Positions 28,776 to 36,831 of a stretch of 43,478 nucleotides of DNA are shown piece by piece. Below the pieces are notes generated by a model that did no database searches, was not told where the DNA came from, and saw only the letters and a program-made list of their open reading frames with translations. Positions within the stretch are counted from its first letter, which is position 1. Every line of letters starts with the position of its first letter. The DNA comes from Planctomycetota bacterium. GTDB lineage: Bacteria; Planctomycetota; Planctomycetia; Planctomycetales; Planctomycetaceae. The translations under genes and the position numbers were made by a program. Location: NCBI GenBank assembly GCA_003696385.1, contig RFHO01000338.1:1-43478 (forward strand). The letters are read 5' to 3'.

Positions 28776-29486
28776 ATGCACACGCGACGCGATCCAGACC
28801 TCCAATGCGTACCGCCCGCCACGCCGTCGGACCGGGCCGTGGACGGTTTCGACCGCCGGGACCCGCGCGAGAGCGTCGGGCCACGGCGTCATGCGGGCGC
28901 TTCGCCGGAGTGGCAACGACCGCGGTTCTGGCTGCTGATCGCTTCCGCGCTGGTGCTGGTCTGCGTGGTCGAATACAAGGAGCATCATGCCGGTCGCGTC
29001 GCGGCGAACGCCCGTCGCGTCCCCAAGTGGCCCGCTCAGTACTTCGACTTCGAAGCACTCGACAGCGAAAACCGGCTGGTCAAGTTTCGGCGCTACCTGG
29101 GACGGCACCAGATCCTGCTGGCCTTCTTCGCGGGCCGACGCGGCATCGAAGGCTGCCCGGAAGTGCTGTCCCTCCGCAATGCGTTCCCCGAGCTGAAACG
29201 GCGGGGAGCGGTCGTGGTCGCAGTCACCGACGCCATCCCGCAGGAAAACCGCGCAGCTTTCGACCGTGTCGGCCCGTTTCCGTTTCCCATCGTGTCCGAT
29301 CCCACGCTGGACGTTCAGCGCCGTTGGCACTGCCTCGAGAAGGTACGCGCGAACGGATGCGTGGTGTTCTACATCGACCGTGCCGGCCGCGTCCGCGTCG
29401 ACGAGAAAGGCCGTCCCGTTCCGCAGCCGACCCTGGACGCCGCGCTCCGCCGGATCCTCGGACCGACCCCCCCCCCCGCCCGGTAG
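28776..29486 (+). CDS. membrane-anchored thioredoxin-fold (AhpC/TSA / redoxin-like) protein
   Basis: TM helix FWLLIASALVLVCVV, then a redoxin layout: LGRHQILLAFFAGRRGIEGCPEV..AVVVAVTDA..FPFPIVSDP..VFYIDRAGRV. The track ORF starts at 28506, but that part overlaps the real TM-coding frame of the 99-aa gene. ATG 28776 is the first ATG after it; GTG 28839 is an alternative. Confidence 0.7.
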   Translation: MHTRRDPDLQCVPPATPSDRAVDGFDRRDPRESVGPRRHAGASPEWQRPRFWLLIASALVLVCVVEYKEHHAGRVAANARRVPKWPAQYFDFEALDSENRLVKFRRYLGRHQILLAFFAGRRGIEGCPEVLSLRNAFPELKRRGAVVVAVTDAIPQENRAAFDRVGPFPFPIVSDPTLDVQRRWHCLEKVRANGCVVFYIDRAGRVRVDEKGRPVPQPTLDAALRRILGPTPPPAR

Positions 29487-29786
29487 ACGGGCCCAAAGGA
29501 GACGGCCACCGCTCTGCATCGTCCCGTCCGGCCGCGATCCAGCGAAGGCACCGGCCCATCGTCGCGCCGCACGGCTTCCGAACCGCGCGGCGGCGCGCCG
29601 CGCGACACCACCGGCCCGCCCGATCCCACCGCAGCCCCGGGCCCGCCCCCATCCGCGGCGATTCGGACGACGACCGTCAGCGAACTCACGGAACGGCGTT
29701 GGCAGCAACGTCATCGTTGTGAACGAGGGACGGCACCGACAGCTCGCCGTCTCACTGACATTGCCACGAACTGCGGGGACCGGAGC

Positions 29787-30437
29787 ATGCGGTGGCCGTA
29801 TAAACTCGGAGTCTGGGCGGCCGTCCTGTACGTCGTCCTCCGGCTGGATGCGTGGTTGCCCGCGGCGCCCGGTGCGGGCAACACCTGCGGACCGTGGGGT
29901 TGCGGTCCGCGCCTCACGGCCTTGATCTCCTGGCACGGCTTCTGGGGCCTTCTGCCGCTGGCCGTGGTTTCCACCGCCGGCGAGGCCGTTTCTTCAGCAG
30001 CCCTCCGACGCGCCGGCACGCTGCTCCTCGTCCTGGCCGTCTCCGGCCTTCTGGTCACGGCGATCGTCCAGGCGGCGACCTGGCTGCCAGAAGTGGACGA
30101 TTTGCGACGGCGATTCTTTCTCCAGCGGTGCCTGTTCGTCTGGGCGACCGTGACCGACGTTCCCATGCCCGCGCTGCTCATCGGAGGACTGGGCCTGCGT
30201 TTCCGGACGCGAACCCGCCGCCGGGCGGGAGAGACTGTCCCAGAGACGACCGTCCACGCTGTCCCAGAGACGCCCGTCCACACAAAAGAAAGCGGCTCGC
30301 TTCCACCAGCGAGCCGTACGTGTTCGGCCGCCGCGCCGCGACACGCCACGCACGCGACACCCGAAAGCGATCGCAACCCGTTGAACCACAACGCTTTGGG
30401 CGATGAGGGACTCGAACCCCCGGCCTCTTCCTTGTAA
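29787..30437 (+). CDS. hypothetical 4-TM membrane protein; its 3' tail overlaps tRNA-Val on the opposite strand
   Basis: The first ~150 codons have strong G/C third-position bias and hydrophobic helices (VWAAVLYVVLRL, FWGLLPLAVVSTAG, LLLVLAVSGLLVTAIV, MPALLIGGLGL). The last ~70 codons are low-complexity. They run through a minus-strand terminator and 41 nt of tRNA-Val, so the true 3' end and function of the tail are doubtful. Confidence 0.55.
   Translation: MRWPYKLGVWAAVLYVVLRLDAWLPAAPGAGNTCGPWGCGPRLTALISWHGFWGLLPLAVVSTAGEAVSSAALRRAGTLLLVLAVSGLLVTAIVQAATWLPEVDDLRRRFFLQRCLFVWATVTDVPMPALLIGGLGLRFRTRTRRRAGETVPETTVHAVPETPVHTKESGSLPPASRTCSAAAPRHATHATPESDRNPLNHNALGDEGLEPPASSL
30234..30281. repeat. 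tandem 24-bp direct repeat (2 copies, 22/24 identical)
   Basis: ACTGTCCCAGAGACGACCGTCCAC followed by GCTGTCCCAGAGACGCCCGTCCAC. In frame it encodes TVPETTVH/AVPETPVH in the tail of the 29787..30437 ORF. Confidence 0.9.
30281..30316 (-). terminator. rho-independent terminator downstream of tRNA-Val
   Basis: On the minus strand: perfect 9-bp stem CGGCTCGCT / AGCGAGCCG (6-nt loop) followed by CTTTCTTTTGTG. Lies 81 nt after the tRNA 3' end. Confidence 0.7.
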
Positions 30438-30470
30438 GGGAAGCGCTCTAACCAGCTGAGCTAATCGCCC
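30397..30470 (-). tRNA. tRNA-Val (anticodon UAC), no encoded CCA
   Basis: Reverse complement: GGGCGAUUAGCUCAGCUGGUUAGAGCGCUUCCCUUACAAGGAAGAGGCCGGGGGUUCGAGUCCCUCAUCGCCCA. Acceptor GGGCGAU/AUCGCCC; D-arm GCUC..GAGC. Anticodon stem CUUCC/GGAAG with loop CUUACAA. T-loop UUCGAGU. Confidence 0.93.
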
Positions 30471-30994
30471 CGTCTGGACGTCCCGGTCCGTGCGGAATGG
30501 TTGTCGCGACGGCGGGAATTGTCCAGCGTCTTCGGAAAGTTCGCGACAGTGGCGCCGCCCGTCGGGGAAAAGCCGTTCGCAAGTGGCGCGCCGCCGTCGA
30601 GCCTCTGGCCACTGTGAGAAGAATTCTCATGCGCGGCGCTCTGCACCAGTTGCGGAGCGGGATCCGCGCCGTGGGTCCGCCGACTCTGACCGGCTCGCAT
30701 GGCCGCACCGCCGTTCCGGCGGCCGCGTCATCACCGAAGCAGCGTTGCTCACCCCGCGTGGCACTTGACAGAACGCACCAGCCAGCCCGTTGGTTGTCCG
30801 GGCGGCAGATCGGCTAAGATACGCCGTGGTGCCGACCGGCAAGCGCATGCCAGCCTTTCGATAGTCCAGGGGCTGGGCCGACACGGCGGGGTTCGCCACT
30901 GCGGGTGCCGCTTCGGGCGATCGGAACGCCGTACCCTTCAAGCCGCCCGACCGGCGGAACACGACAGCAAAGATTCTTCTGGAAAGGACGACCG

Positions 30995-32152
30995 ATGAGG
31001 CAAACGGCAGTCGATTTCTCGGAGCAGCGGTGCGCGGCCGGTCGCGGTGGGAAACTTCGCGTGTCCATGTCCTCATCGACACCCGCAGCGGCGCGCGGGA
31101 CGGCAAACGGTAACCGGCCGCCGCGTCCATCAGTACCAACCGTCGTTCGTGCGGGCGTTTGCGGGCTGCTGTGTGCGTGGGCGTTTCTGATCCCGAGGGA
31201 TTGTCCGGCCGGCGAAGTGCGTGTCTGTGTGCGTCCCGGTGATCGGATCGTCTTTCTCGGGGACTCGATCACCGCGGCGGCTGTGCGGAAGGACGGTTTC
31301 ATCACGCGGATCGGCGAGTTCGTCCGGAAGGAACGGCCGGACTGGAAACTGGAGCTGATCGGAGCCGGCATCAGCGGCAACAAGGTCCCGGACCTGCAGA
31401 AGCGACTGGATCGCGACGTTCTGTCCCGCCGGCCGGATGTGGTGGTTGTGTACATCGGCATCAATGACGTCTGGCACTGGAATCGCAACGCCGGGACACC
31501 GAAGGACGCATACGAGGTCGGCCTTCGCGATGTCGTCGCCAGGATTCAGAAGGCGGGCGCACAGGTTCTGCTGTGCACCCCCAGCGTGATCGGTGAGAAG
31601 ACCGATGGCAGCAATCGTTTCGATTCCATGTTGGACGAGTACGCTGCGATCAGCCGCAAAGTGGCTCGCGAGCTCCACTGTGGATTACTCGATCTCCGTC
31701 GCCGCTTCCTCGCCAAGCTGAAGCAGATCAACAAGGACAACCGCTCCAAGGGGATCCTGACGACCGACGGCGTGCACCTGAACGCCGCCGGGAACCGTTT
31801 CGTCGCCGAATGCATGCTGGAAGGACTGGGCATGAAACCGGCCAGACTGTTGCGTCACGTGGTGATGTTCCGCTTCAAGCAGACCGCCTCGCCCGAGCAA
31901 GTGCAACGGATCGTGGCGGCCTTCGCGGCGCTGCCGGAACGGATCGAGGCGATCCACGATTTTGAATACGGCACCGACGTGAGCATCGAAGGCAAGTCAC
32001 AGGGCTTCACACACTGCTTCCTCGTCACGTTCCGAAGCGAAGAGGATCGGGCGGAGTACCTGCCGCATCCGGCGCATCAGGAATTCGTGAAGCTGGTCGG
32101 CCCTCACGTCGAAAAGGTGCTGGTGTTCGATTACTGGGTCACCAAGCCGTAA
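30995..32152 (+). CDS. SGNH/GDSL hydrolase fused to a C-terminal Dabb (stress-responsive alpha/beta-barrel) domain
   Basis: ATG 30995 with GGAAAGGA upstream. SGNH blocks: VFLGDSIT (I), GAGISGN (II), YIGINDV (III), TTDGVHLN (V). The C-terminal ~95 aa (LRHVVMFRFKQ..IEAIHDFEYGTD..GFTHCFLVTF..HPAHQEFV..VLVFDYW) is a Dabb domain. Start could also be the Met of MSSSTPAA. Confidence 0.85.
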   Translation: MRQTAVDFSEQRCAAGRGGKLRVSMSSSTPAAARGTANGNRPPRPSVPTVVRAGVCGLLCAWAFLIPRDCPAGEVRVCVRPGDRIVFLGDSITAAAVRKDGFITRIGEFVRKERPDWKLELIGAGISGNKVPDLQKRLDRDVLSRRPDVVVVYIGINDVWHWNRNAGTPKDAYEVGLRDVVARIQKAGAQVLLCTPSVIGEKTDGSNRFDSMLDEYAAISRKVARELHCGLLDLRRRFLAKLKQINKDNRSKGILTTDGVHLNAAGNRFVAECMLEGLGMKPARLLRHVVMFRFKQTASPEQVQRIVAAFAALPERIEAIHDFEYGTDVSIEGKSQGFTHCFLVTFRSEEDRAEYLPHPAHQEFVKLVGPHVEKVLVFDYWVTKP

Positions 32153-32203
32153 AGAGTGTCCCCGGCATTGCCGCGCCGTTCGCCAGGCCGGAAGGCATGA
32201 TTC

Positions 32204-33304
32204 ATGGCTGCTCCTCCCGAGGCACGGACAAGCTGCGCACCGATGGGATCGACCAAGCACACGGGGGAAACGGCGCCGGGGAGCAGCGAGCGCCACGGGG
32301 CTTGGCAGTGGCGGGGATGGGTGAAGCGGCTGGTTTTCGTGCTCGTGCTGGCGTTCGTGATCCAGCAGGCGTGGCGGATTGCGGCAGCCGGTGACTGGTC
32401 GGCCATGCAGCTGCATCCGGTGCCGATCGCCGGAGCACTCGTGGCATACTGGCTGGGCTGGTTGCCCTCGGTGTGGCTGTGGCGGTGGCTCCTGCTGGCG
32501 ATGGACCGCCCGGTATCCTGGCGGTCAGCGATTCGGGCGTACTACGTCGGGCACTTGGGCAAATACGTGCCTGGCAAGGCGATGGTGCTGGTTCTCCGCA
32601 GCCAGTTGCTGGGCCGCGAGCGCGTTCCGCCACTGACGGCGGCCCTGAGCGCCACATATGAAACGCTGCTGATGATGGGCGTGGGGCTTTGTCTGGGTTT
32701 GATCCTGATTCCGTTGTCGGTAGACGCTTCGCAGTGGAAGTCCCTGGTGCCGCTGGTTCCGTTGAGTGAGCGCGCTTTGCGGATCGTTCCGCTGCTGATC
32801 GCCGTCACGGGATGTGTGTCGCTCCCGTTGGCCTCGCGGCTGTTTCAGCTCGTCGCCTGGAAGGTCGCACGACACGAGACCGCGGAACAGTCACCGCCTG
32901 CGGTGCACATCCCAGTGCAACTGGTGACATGCGGAGCGGTGGGACTGTGTGCGGGCTGGTTCTGCCACGGAGCGAGCCTGGCGCTTGTGGTCGCCGGTGT
33001 GGGTGGGCCACCGTTCTCACCAGCCGACTGGCCTTTCTGGACTGGTGCGGTGGCCCTCGCGACATCGGTCGGCTTCCTGGCGGTCTTTGCGCCCGGCGGA
33101 TTGGGGGTCCGCGAAGGGCTGTTGATAGGGGCGCTGCTGCTTCACCCGCAGGTCACGAAGCCGCAAGCCGTCGCGGCGGCGGTACTATTGCGGGGGCTTT
33201 GGCTGGTCGCCGAAGCCGTCGCCGGCGCTGTGCTGTACTGGGGAGCACACGGTGGCGAGAAGAAGCCGCTTCGCGGCCCTCAGCGGTCCGACGACGCGGC
33301 TTGA
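32204..33304 (+). CDS. lysylphosphatidylglycerol-synthase-TM-region / UPF0104 flippase-like membrane protein
   Basis: Multi-pass membrane protein with the characteristic GHLGKYVPGKAMVLV and FAPGGLGVREGLL motifs. Exact start uncertain. Confidence 0.8.
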   Translation: MAAPPEARTSCAPMGSTKHTGETAPGSSERHGAWQWRGWVKRLVFVLVLAFVIQQAWRIAAAGDWSAMQLHPVPIAGALVAYWLGWLPSVWLWRWLLLAMDRPVSWRSAIRAYYVGHLGKYVPGKAMVLVLRSQLLGRERVPPLTAALSATYETLLMMGVGLCLGLILIPLSVDASQWKSLVPLVPLSERALRIVPLLIAVTGCVSLPLASRLFQLVAWKVARHETAEQSPPAVHIPVQLVTCGAVGLCAGWFCHGASLALVVAGVGGPPFSPADWPFWTGAVALATSVGFLAVFAPGGLGVREGLLIGALLLHPQVTKPQAVAAAVLLRGLWLVAEAVAGAVLYWGAHGGEKKPLRGPQRSDDAA

Positions 33305-33373
33305 GTCGGCGGCACTGCCGCTTCCGGACATACACCAGCCGCGTGCCTGAAACGACTTTCGGGAGGACTGACG

Positions 33374-34774
33374 ATGAAGACGCGAAAAATGCTGGCGGCG
33401 ATCGCCGCAACATGTCTGCTGGCAGCCCGGACCGCATGGTGCGCCGGCACCGACCAATGCGTGATCCTGATCAGTGTGGACGGGCTGGCGCACTTCTACC
33501 TCGACGATCCCAAGGCTCACATGCCGTTCATCCGTGCGCTGGCGGAACGAGGTGCTCGTGCCGACGGGATGGTGTGCTCGTTTCCCACGGTGACCTGGCC
33601 GAACCATACGACCCTCGTCACCGGTGTCACTCCAGCGCGGCATGGCGTCCTGGGAAACAATTACCTGGACCGCAGCAGCGGCGAAAAGATCCCGCTGATC
33701 GTCGACCCGCTGTTCGACAAGGAGCAACTGGTCCGTGTGCCGACGATCTACGACGTCGCCCACCGTGCCGGGCTGACGACGGCCGCCATCATCTGGCCCG
33801 CCACGCGGAACGCCCGTACGCTCGATTTCACCGTACCGGACATGTTCGGCAACGACTCCTGGAGAAAATTCGGCACCCGCACCTGGCTGGACGAACTGCG
33901 GACCGCCGGGATCCCGGTCGATCAGTACGGTACCTGGGTCCGGCAATCCGACGGTGGGATCCGTCGAGACTGGATGTACACGCGGATGGCCGACCACCTG
34001 TTCCGACACCATCCGCCGAACCTGCTGCTGATCCACCTCGTCGAAGTCGACCATGTCCAGCACCGTTACGGTCCGCGGTCGCCCGACGCCTACTGGGCAG
34101 TCAGCTTCGCGGACCAGTGCGTCCGGGACATCGTCGAAGCCTCCCGCCGCTCGCCTTTCGGCGACAAAACAACGGTGATCGTCACCAGCGACCACGGTTT
34201 CTTTCCCATCGAGAAAGACATCTGCCCGAACGTCCTGCTGAAGAAGGAGGGATTGATTGAAGTCGCAGACAACAAGGTGCGATCGAAGGCGGCATGGTGC
34301 GTCAGCCAGGGTGGCGCGTGCATGGTCTACGTCCTCGACCCCAAGATTCCGCCAGAACGCATCCAGGCGCTGAAACGGGCGTTCGAACACACAGAGGGGA
34401 TCGAAGCCGTGTTCGAACCGAAGGACTTCGGCAAACTCGGCCAGGCGACTCCGGAGCAGGATCCGCGGGCGCCGGACCTGTGGCTGGCGGCAAAGTCCGG
34501 CTATTCGTTTTCCGAGACGATCACCGGTGACAAGATCATCGTGCAACGGGGAGCTCGAGCGGGAACGCACGGCTACCTGCCCGAACACCCGGACATGCTG
34601 GGGACGCTCGTCATTTCAGGTTTCGGAGTTCGCGAAGCTGTCCGGCTGGGGCGGGTCTCGAATCTGGACGTAGCGCCCACGATGGCGGAACTTCTGGGAT
34701 TGCAACTGAAAAACGTGCAAGGACGCGTCCTGACGAAGATTCTCCGGCACGCCGAAGCATCCACCGAACGCTGA
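33374..34774 (+). CDS. secreted nucleotide pyrophosphatase/phosphodiesterase (NPP, alkaline-phosphatase superfamily)
   Basis: GGGAGGA upstream. Signal peptide MKTRKMLAAIAATCLLAARTAWC. Family motifs: ILISVDGL, FPTVTWPNHTTLVTG (nucleophile Thr), HLVEVDHVQH, VTSDHGF, GTHGY. Confidence 0.9.
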   Translation: MKTRKMLAAIAATCLLAARTAWCAGTDQCVILISVDGLAHFYLDDPKAHMPFIRALAERGARADGMVCSFPTVTWPNHTTLVTGVTPARHGVLGNNYLDRSSGEKIPLIVDPLFDKEQLVRVPTIYDVAHRAGLTTAAIIWPATRNARTLDFTVPDMFGNDSWRKFGTRTWLDELRTAGIPVDQYGTWVRQSDGGIRRDWMYTRMADHLFRHHPPNLLLIHLVEVDHVQHRYGPRSPDAYWAVSFADQCVRDIVEASRRSPFGDKTTVIVTSDHGFFPIEKDICPNVLLKKEGLIEVADNKVRSKAAWCVSQGGACMVYVLDPKIPPERIQALKRAFEHTEGIEAVFEPKDFGKLGQATPEQDPRAPDLWLAAKSGYSFSETITGDKIIVQRGARAGTHGYLPEHPDMLGTLVISGFGVREAVRLGRVSNLDVAPTMAELLGLQLKNVQGRVLTKILRHAEASTER

Positions 34775-34918
34775 ACGGTGTTCGAGATGTGACCGCCCGA
34801 CGGCAGGCCCAGACGACGCGTCGGCACTGCGTCACGGCGAAATGCGCGGGCGACTCCGGTATTGTCCGCGTCCAATCACCCAGCGCCGACGACCGTCGTC
34901 GTGACTTCCACGCGCGGA

Positions 34919-36046
34919 TTATCGTTGCCGCTGCATCGACTTGGCCGACGTTCTCGCCGCGGCAGCCCGATGGCGGACGTGGATCCGCTGCGTGGTCATC
35001 AGGAATGCCTGCAGGTCCGTCGCCGAAACGGTCTGCAAACGCGTGCTCAACTGGCGTACCCAAGCCGGCTGCCGACGCATCGCATAGTCCATCATCTGTA
35101 CGAACTGAGTGACCTCTTCGAAGTTTCGATCGGCGATCAGGTTCGAAATGGGGGCGATCACCCTGGCCACCGTTTCCACCGGCTGGGACGGCAGCGAGAC
35201 GAACAGGTCGGCCGTGTGGATGATCGTCGGCTCCGCCGTTTCGCCGTCTCGAAAGACGAATTGCAGATGGATCAGTGCCCTCGCCAGGATCGGCTTCGGA
35301 AGCAGTGGGGAGACATACTGCCCTTCGCAGAAAACCAGCACGGAGTCTTCCCGGCGGCGCAGCACGAGCAGTTGCCCGCGAGAGCCATCGGACGCGGCCG
35401 CACGAAACCGTTCTTTGCCGTCGGGCCACAAGCGGAATTCCGACACGTCCAAGGCCCGCCAGATGTCGACAGCGGCATGCGGCACGGTCAGGAAATACCT
35501 GTACACTTCCGGCGCGGCAGAAAAGCTGATCGTCGGAAGCCGCCGATAGACGCTCAAACGGTCGACCACGCACATGGCTCTGACGCGGCGGTCCTCGGGC
35601 AGTGTTTGCAGCTCCAGCTTGTCGATGGCCGCTTTCCGATCCTCCGCGCTCGAAGATCCGCCACGCAATACTTTCGGCGCCCCCCAAGGTGGCCGGAGCC
35701 GGAGCGGACGCGTGCGCTCGGTCTCGGCAGGTTCGGACTCCCGATCATCACGGACGGCACTGTCCGGAATCGTGGCGACGCGCTCGCCCGGAATGGGCGC
35801 ATGGACGCTCGTCCCCGTCGTTCCTGTGAGGGCGTCGAACGCGGCGTGACGTTCCCCGTCGTATTGCATCGCAGCCGACCGGACGAACAACGGCGGTTCT
35901 CCGGCCCATCCGATGGACGAGCACACCAACCACGGCAGCAACACCCCGCACGAAATCCTCGTGCGAGGCCGAGAGGCGTGGCCGTGACTTTCTGCTTCAT
36001 CACACCAGTTGGCGCGGAGTCGAAAAGGGAACTGCGTAAAACGCAT
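34919..36046 (-). CDS. hypothetical protein (375 aa), possible signal sequence
   Basis: Single long ORF with coding-type third-position bias. N-terminal hydrophobic stretch ISCGVLLPWLVCSSIGWAG. No motif recognised. Confidence 0.65.
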   Translation of the reverse strand: MRFTQFPFRLRANWCDEAESHGHASRPRTRISCGVLLPWLVCSSIGWAGEPPLFVRSAAMQYDGERHAAFDALTGTTGTSVHAPIPGERVATIPDSAVRDDRESEPAETERTRPLRLRPPWGAPKVLRGGSSSAEDRKAAIDKLELQTLPEDRRVRAMCVVDRLSVYRRLPTISFSAAPEVYRYFLTVPHAAVDIWRALDVSEFRLWPDGKERFRAAASDGSRGQLLVLRRREDSVLVFCEGQYVSPLLPKPILARALIHLQFVFRDGETAEPTIIHTADLFVSLPSQPVETVARVIAPISNLIADRNFEEVTQFVQMMDYAMRRQPAWVRQLSTRLQTVSATDLQAFLMTTQRIHVRHRAAAARTSAKSMQRQR

Positions 36047-36694
36047 GATCGGCCTTGTTGCGGGGATCGGGGCTGGTCGGAAGTCAAAAGGCGGCCGGCA
36101 CCGCGCCGCCGGCGAGTCGATGATGCGTTGCTACTATCGGCATAACCGGCGCGTCCCCTGCATTCCAATCCCTCGGGCAATCGGGCGTCGTGCCGCCCCG
36201 GAGCCGGAAAGGTGCTATTTTGATATCATCCGATCGCGCAGACTGCGCTGGCCACGGTGCAAATGCCGCATGTGAACGGCCTCATCCGCCGCACCGACTC
36301 TCTCCGGAATCTCGCCACGGAATCGCCGGACGCTCAGCTGAAGACATTTGGGCCGAGGCCACATTTTGTGCCTTCCGCCGCGGAGACCACCAATAGTGCT
36401 CCCAGCGTCCCCGCGGCCCCGGGCAAGAACCGCAGATGCTCGCGGACTCTCGCGGCATCGCTTCGTCCGGCCAGCCAAAAATCGAATCACGTAACATGTT
36501 GTCTTCAATAACTTTACGACACATACACCAAGATGCGCCACCCGTTGCGGACGCGTCGCGCACCACGTGGACACTGGGCGACGCTTACCGTCACCAACGC
36601 CGCCGGCGAATTTTTCGAAATCCGCAATTTCAGAGGCTGCAAAGACCTGCGACGCAATCTGGGTGCGGCGGCGCGCCGAACCGGCGAAACTGAC

Positions 36695-36722
36695 TTGACC
36701 GCCTCTGACCGCTTGGTAAATT
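36695..36722 (+). promoter_or_regulatory. candidate sigma70-type promoter of mraZ
   Basis: TTGACC (36695-36700), a 16-nt spacer, then TAAATT (36717-36722), about 110 nt upstream of the mraZ ATG. Confidence 0.5.
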
Positions 36723-36756
36723 GGGCGGCGAAGTGGAGATTTGGGGATTGTTGGGG
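36722..36756 (+). promoter_or_regulatory. MraZ-box-like array of TGGGN direct repeats in 10-bp phase
   Basis: TGGGC at 36722, TGGGG at 36742 and TGGGG at 36752 (spacings 20 and 10 bp), plus an off-phase TGGAG at 36734. The array overlaps and follows the -10 hexamer and ends 75 nt before mraZ. Confidence 0.5.
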
Positions 36757-36831
36757 ACAGCCTCTGCTACCGGAACGGAAGCAATGAAATCACTTTGACA
36801 CTCTGTTTTGTAAGAGCCGTTCCGCCTGAAC

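Noticed and set aside
28107-29936. 609-aa minus-strand ORF
   Set aside because: It is antisense to four + strand genes that have coding bias and TM or redoxin motifs. The translation is Arg/Gly/Pro-rich.
29787-30470. tRNA-Val as an integration site of a genomic island
   Set aside because: There is no integrase, and I could find no direct repeat of the tRNA 3' end. The flanking genes show no obvious compositional break.
30825-30905. Cobalamin-riboswitch-like fragments (GCCACTG at 30895-30901 and AGTCCAGGGGCTGGGCC at 30863-30879) upstream of the SGNH gene
   Set aside because: The two elements are in the wrong order relative to the B12 riboswitch consensus. The rest of the conserved core (GGGAA..GGTG..AA.TCC) is not present, and the downstream gene is unrelated to cobalamin.
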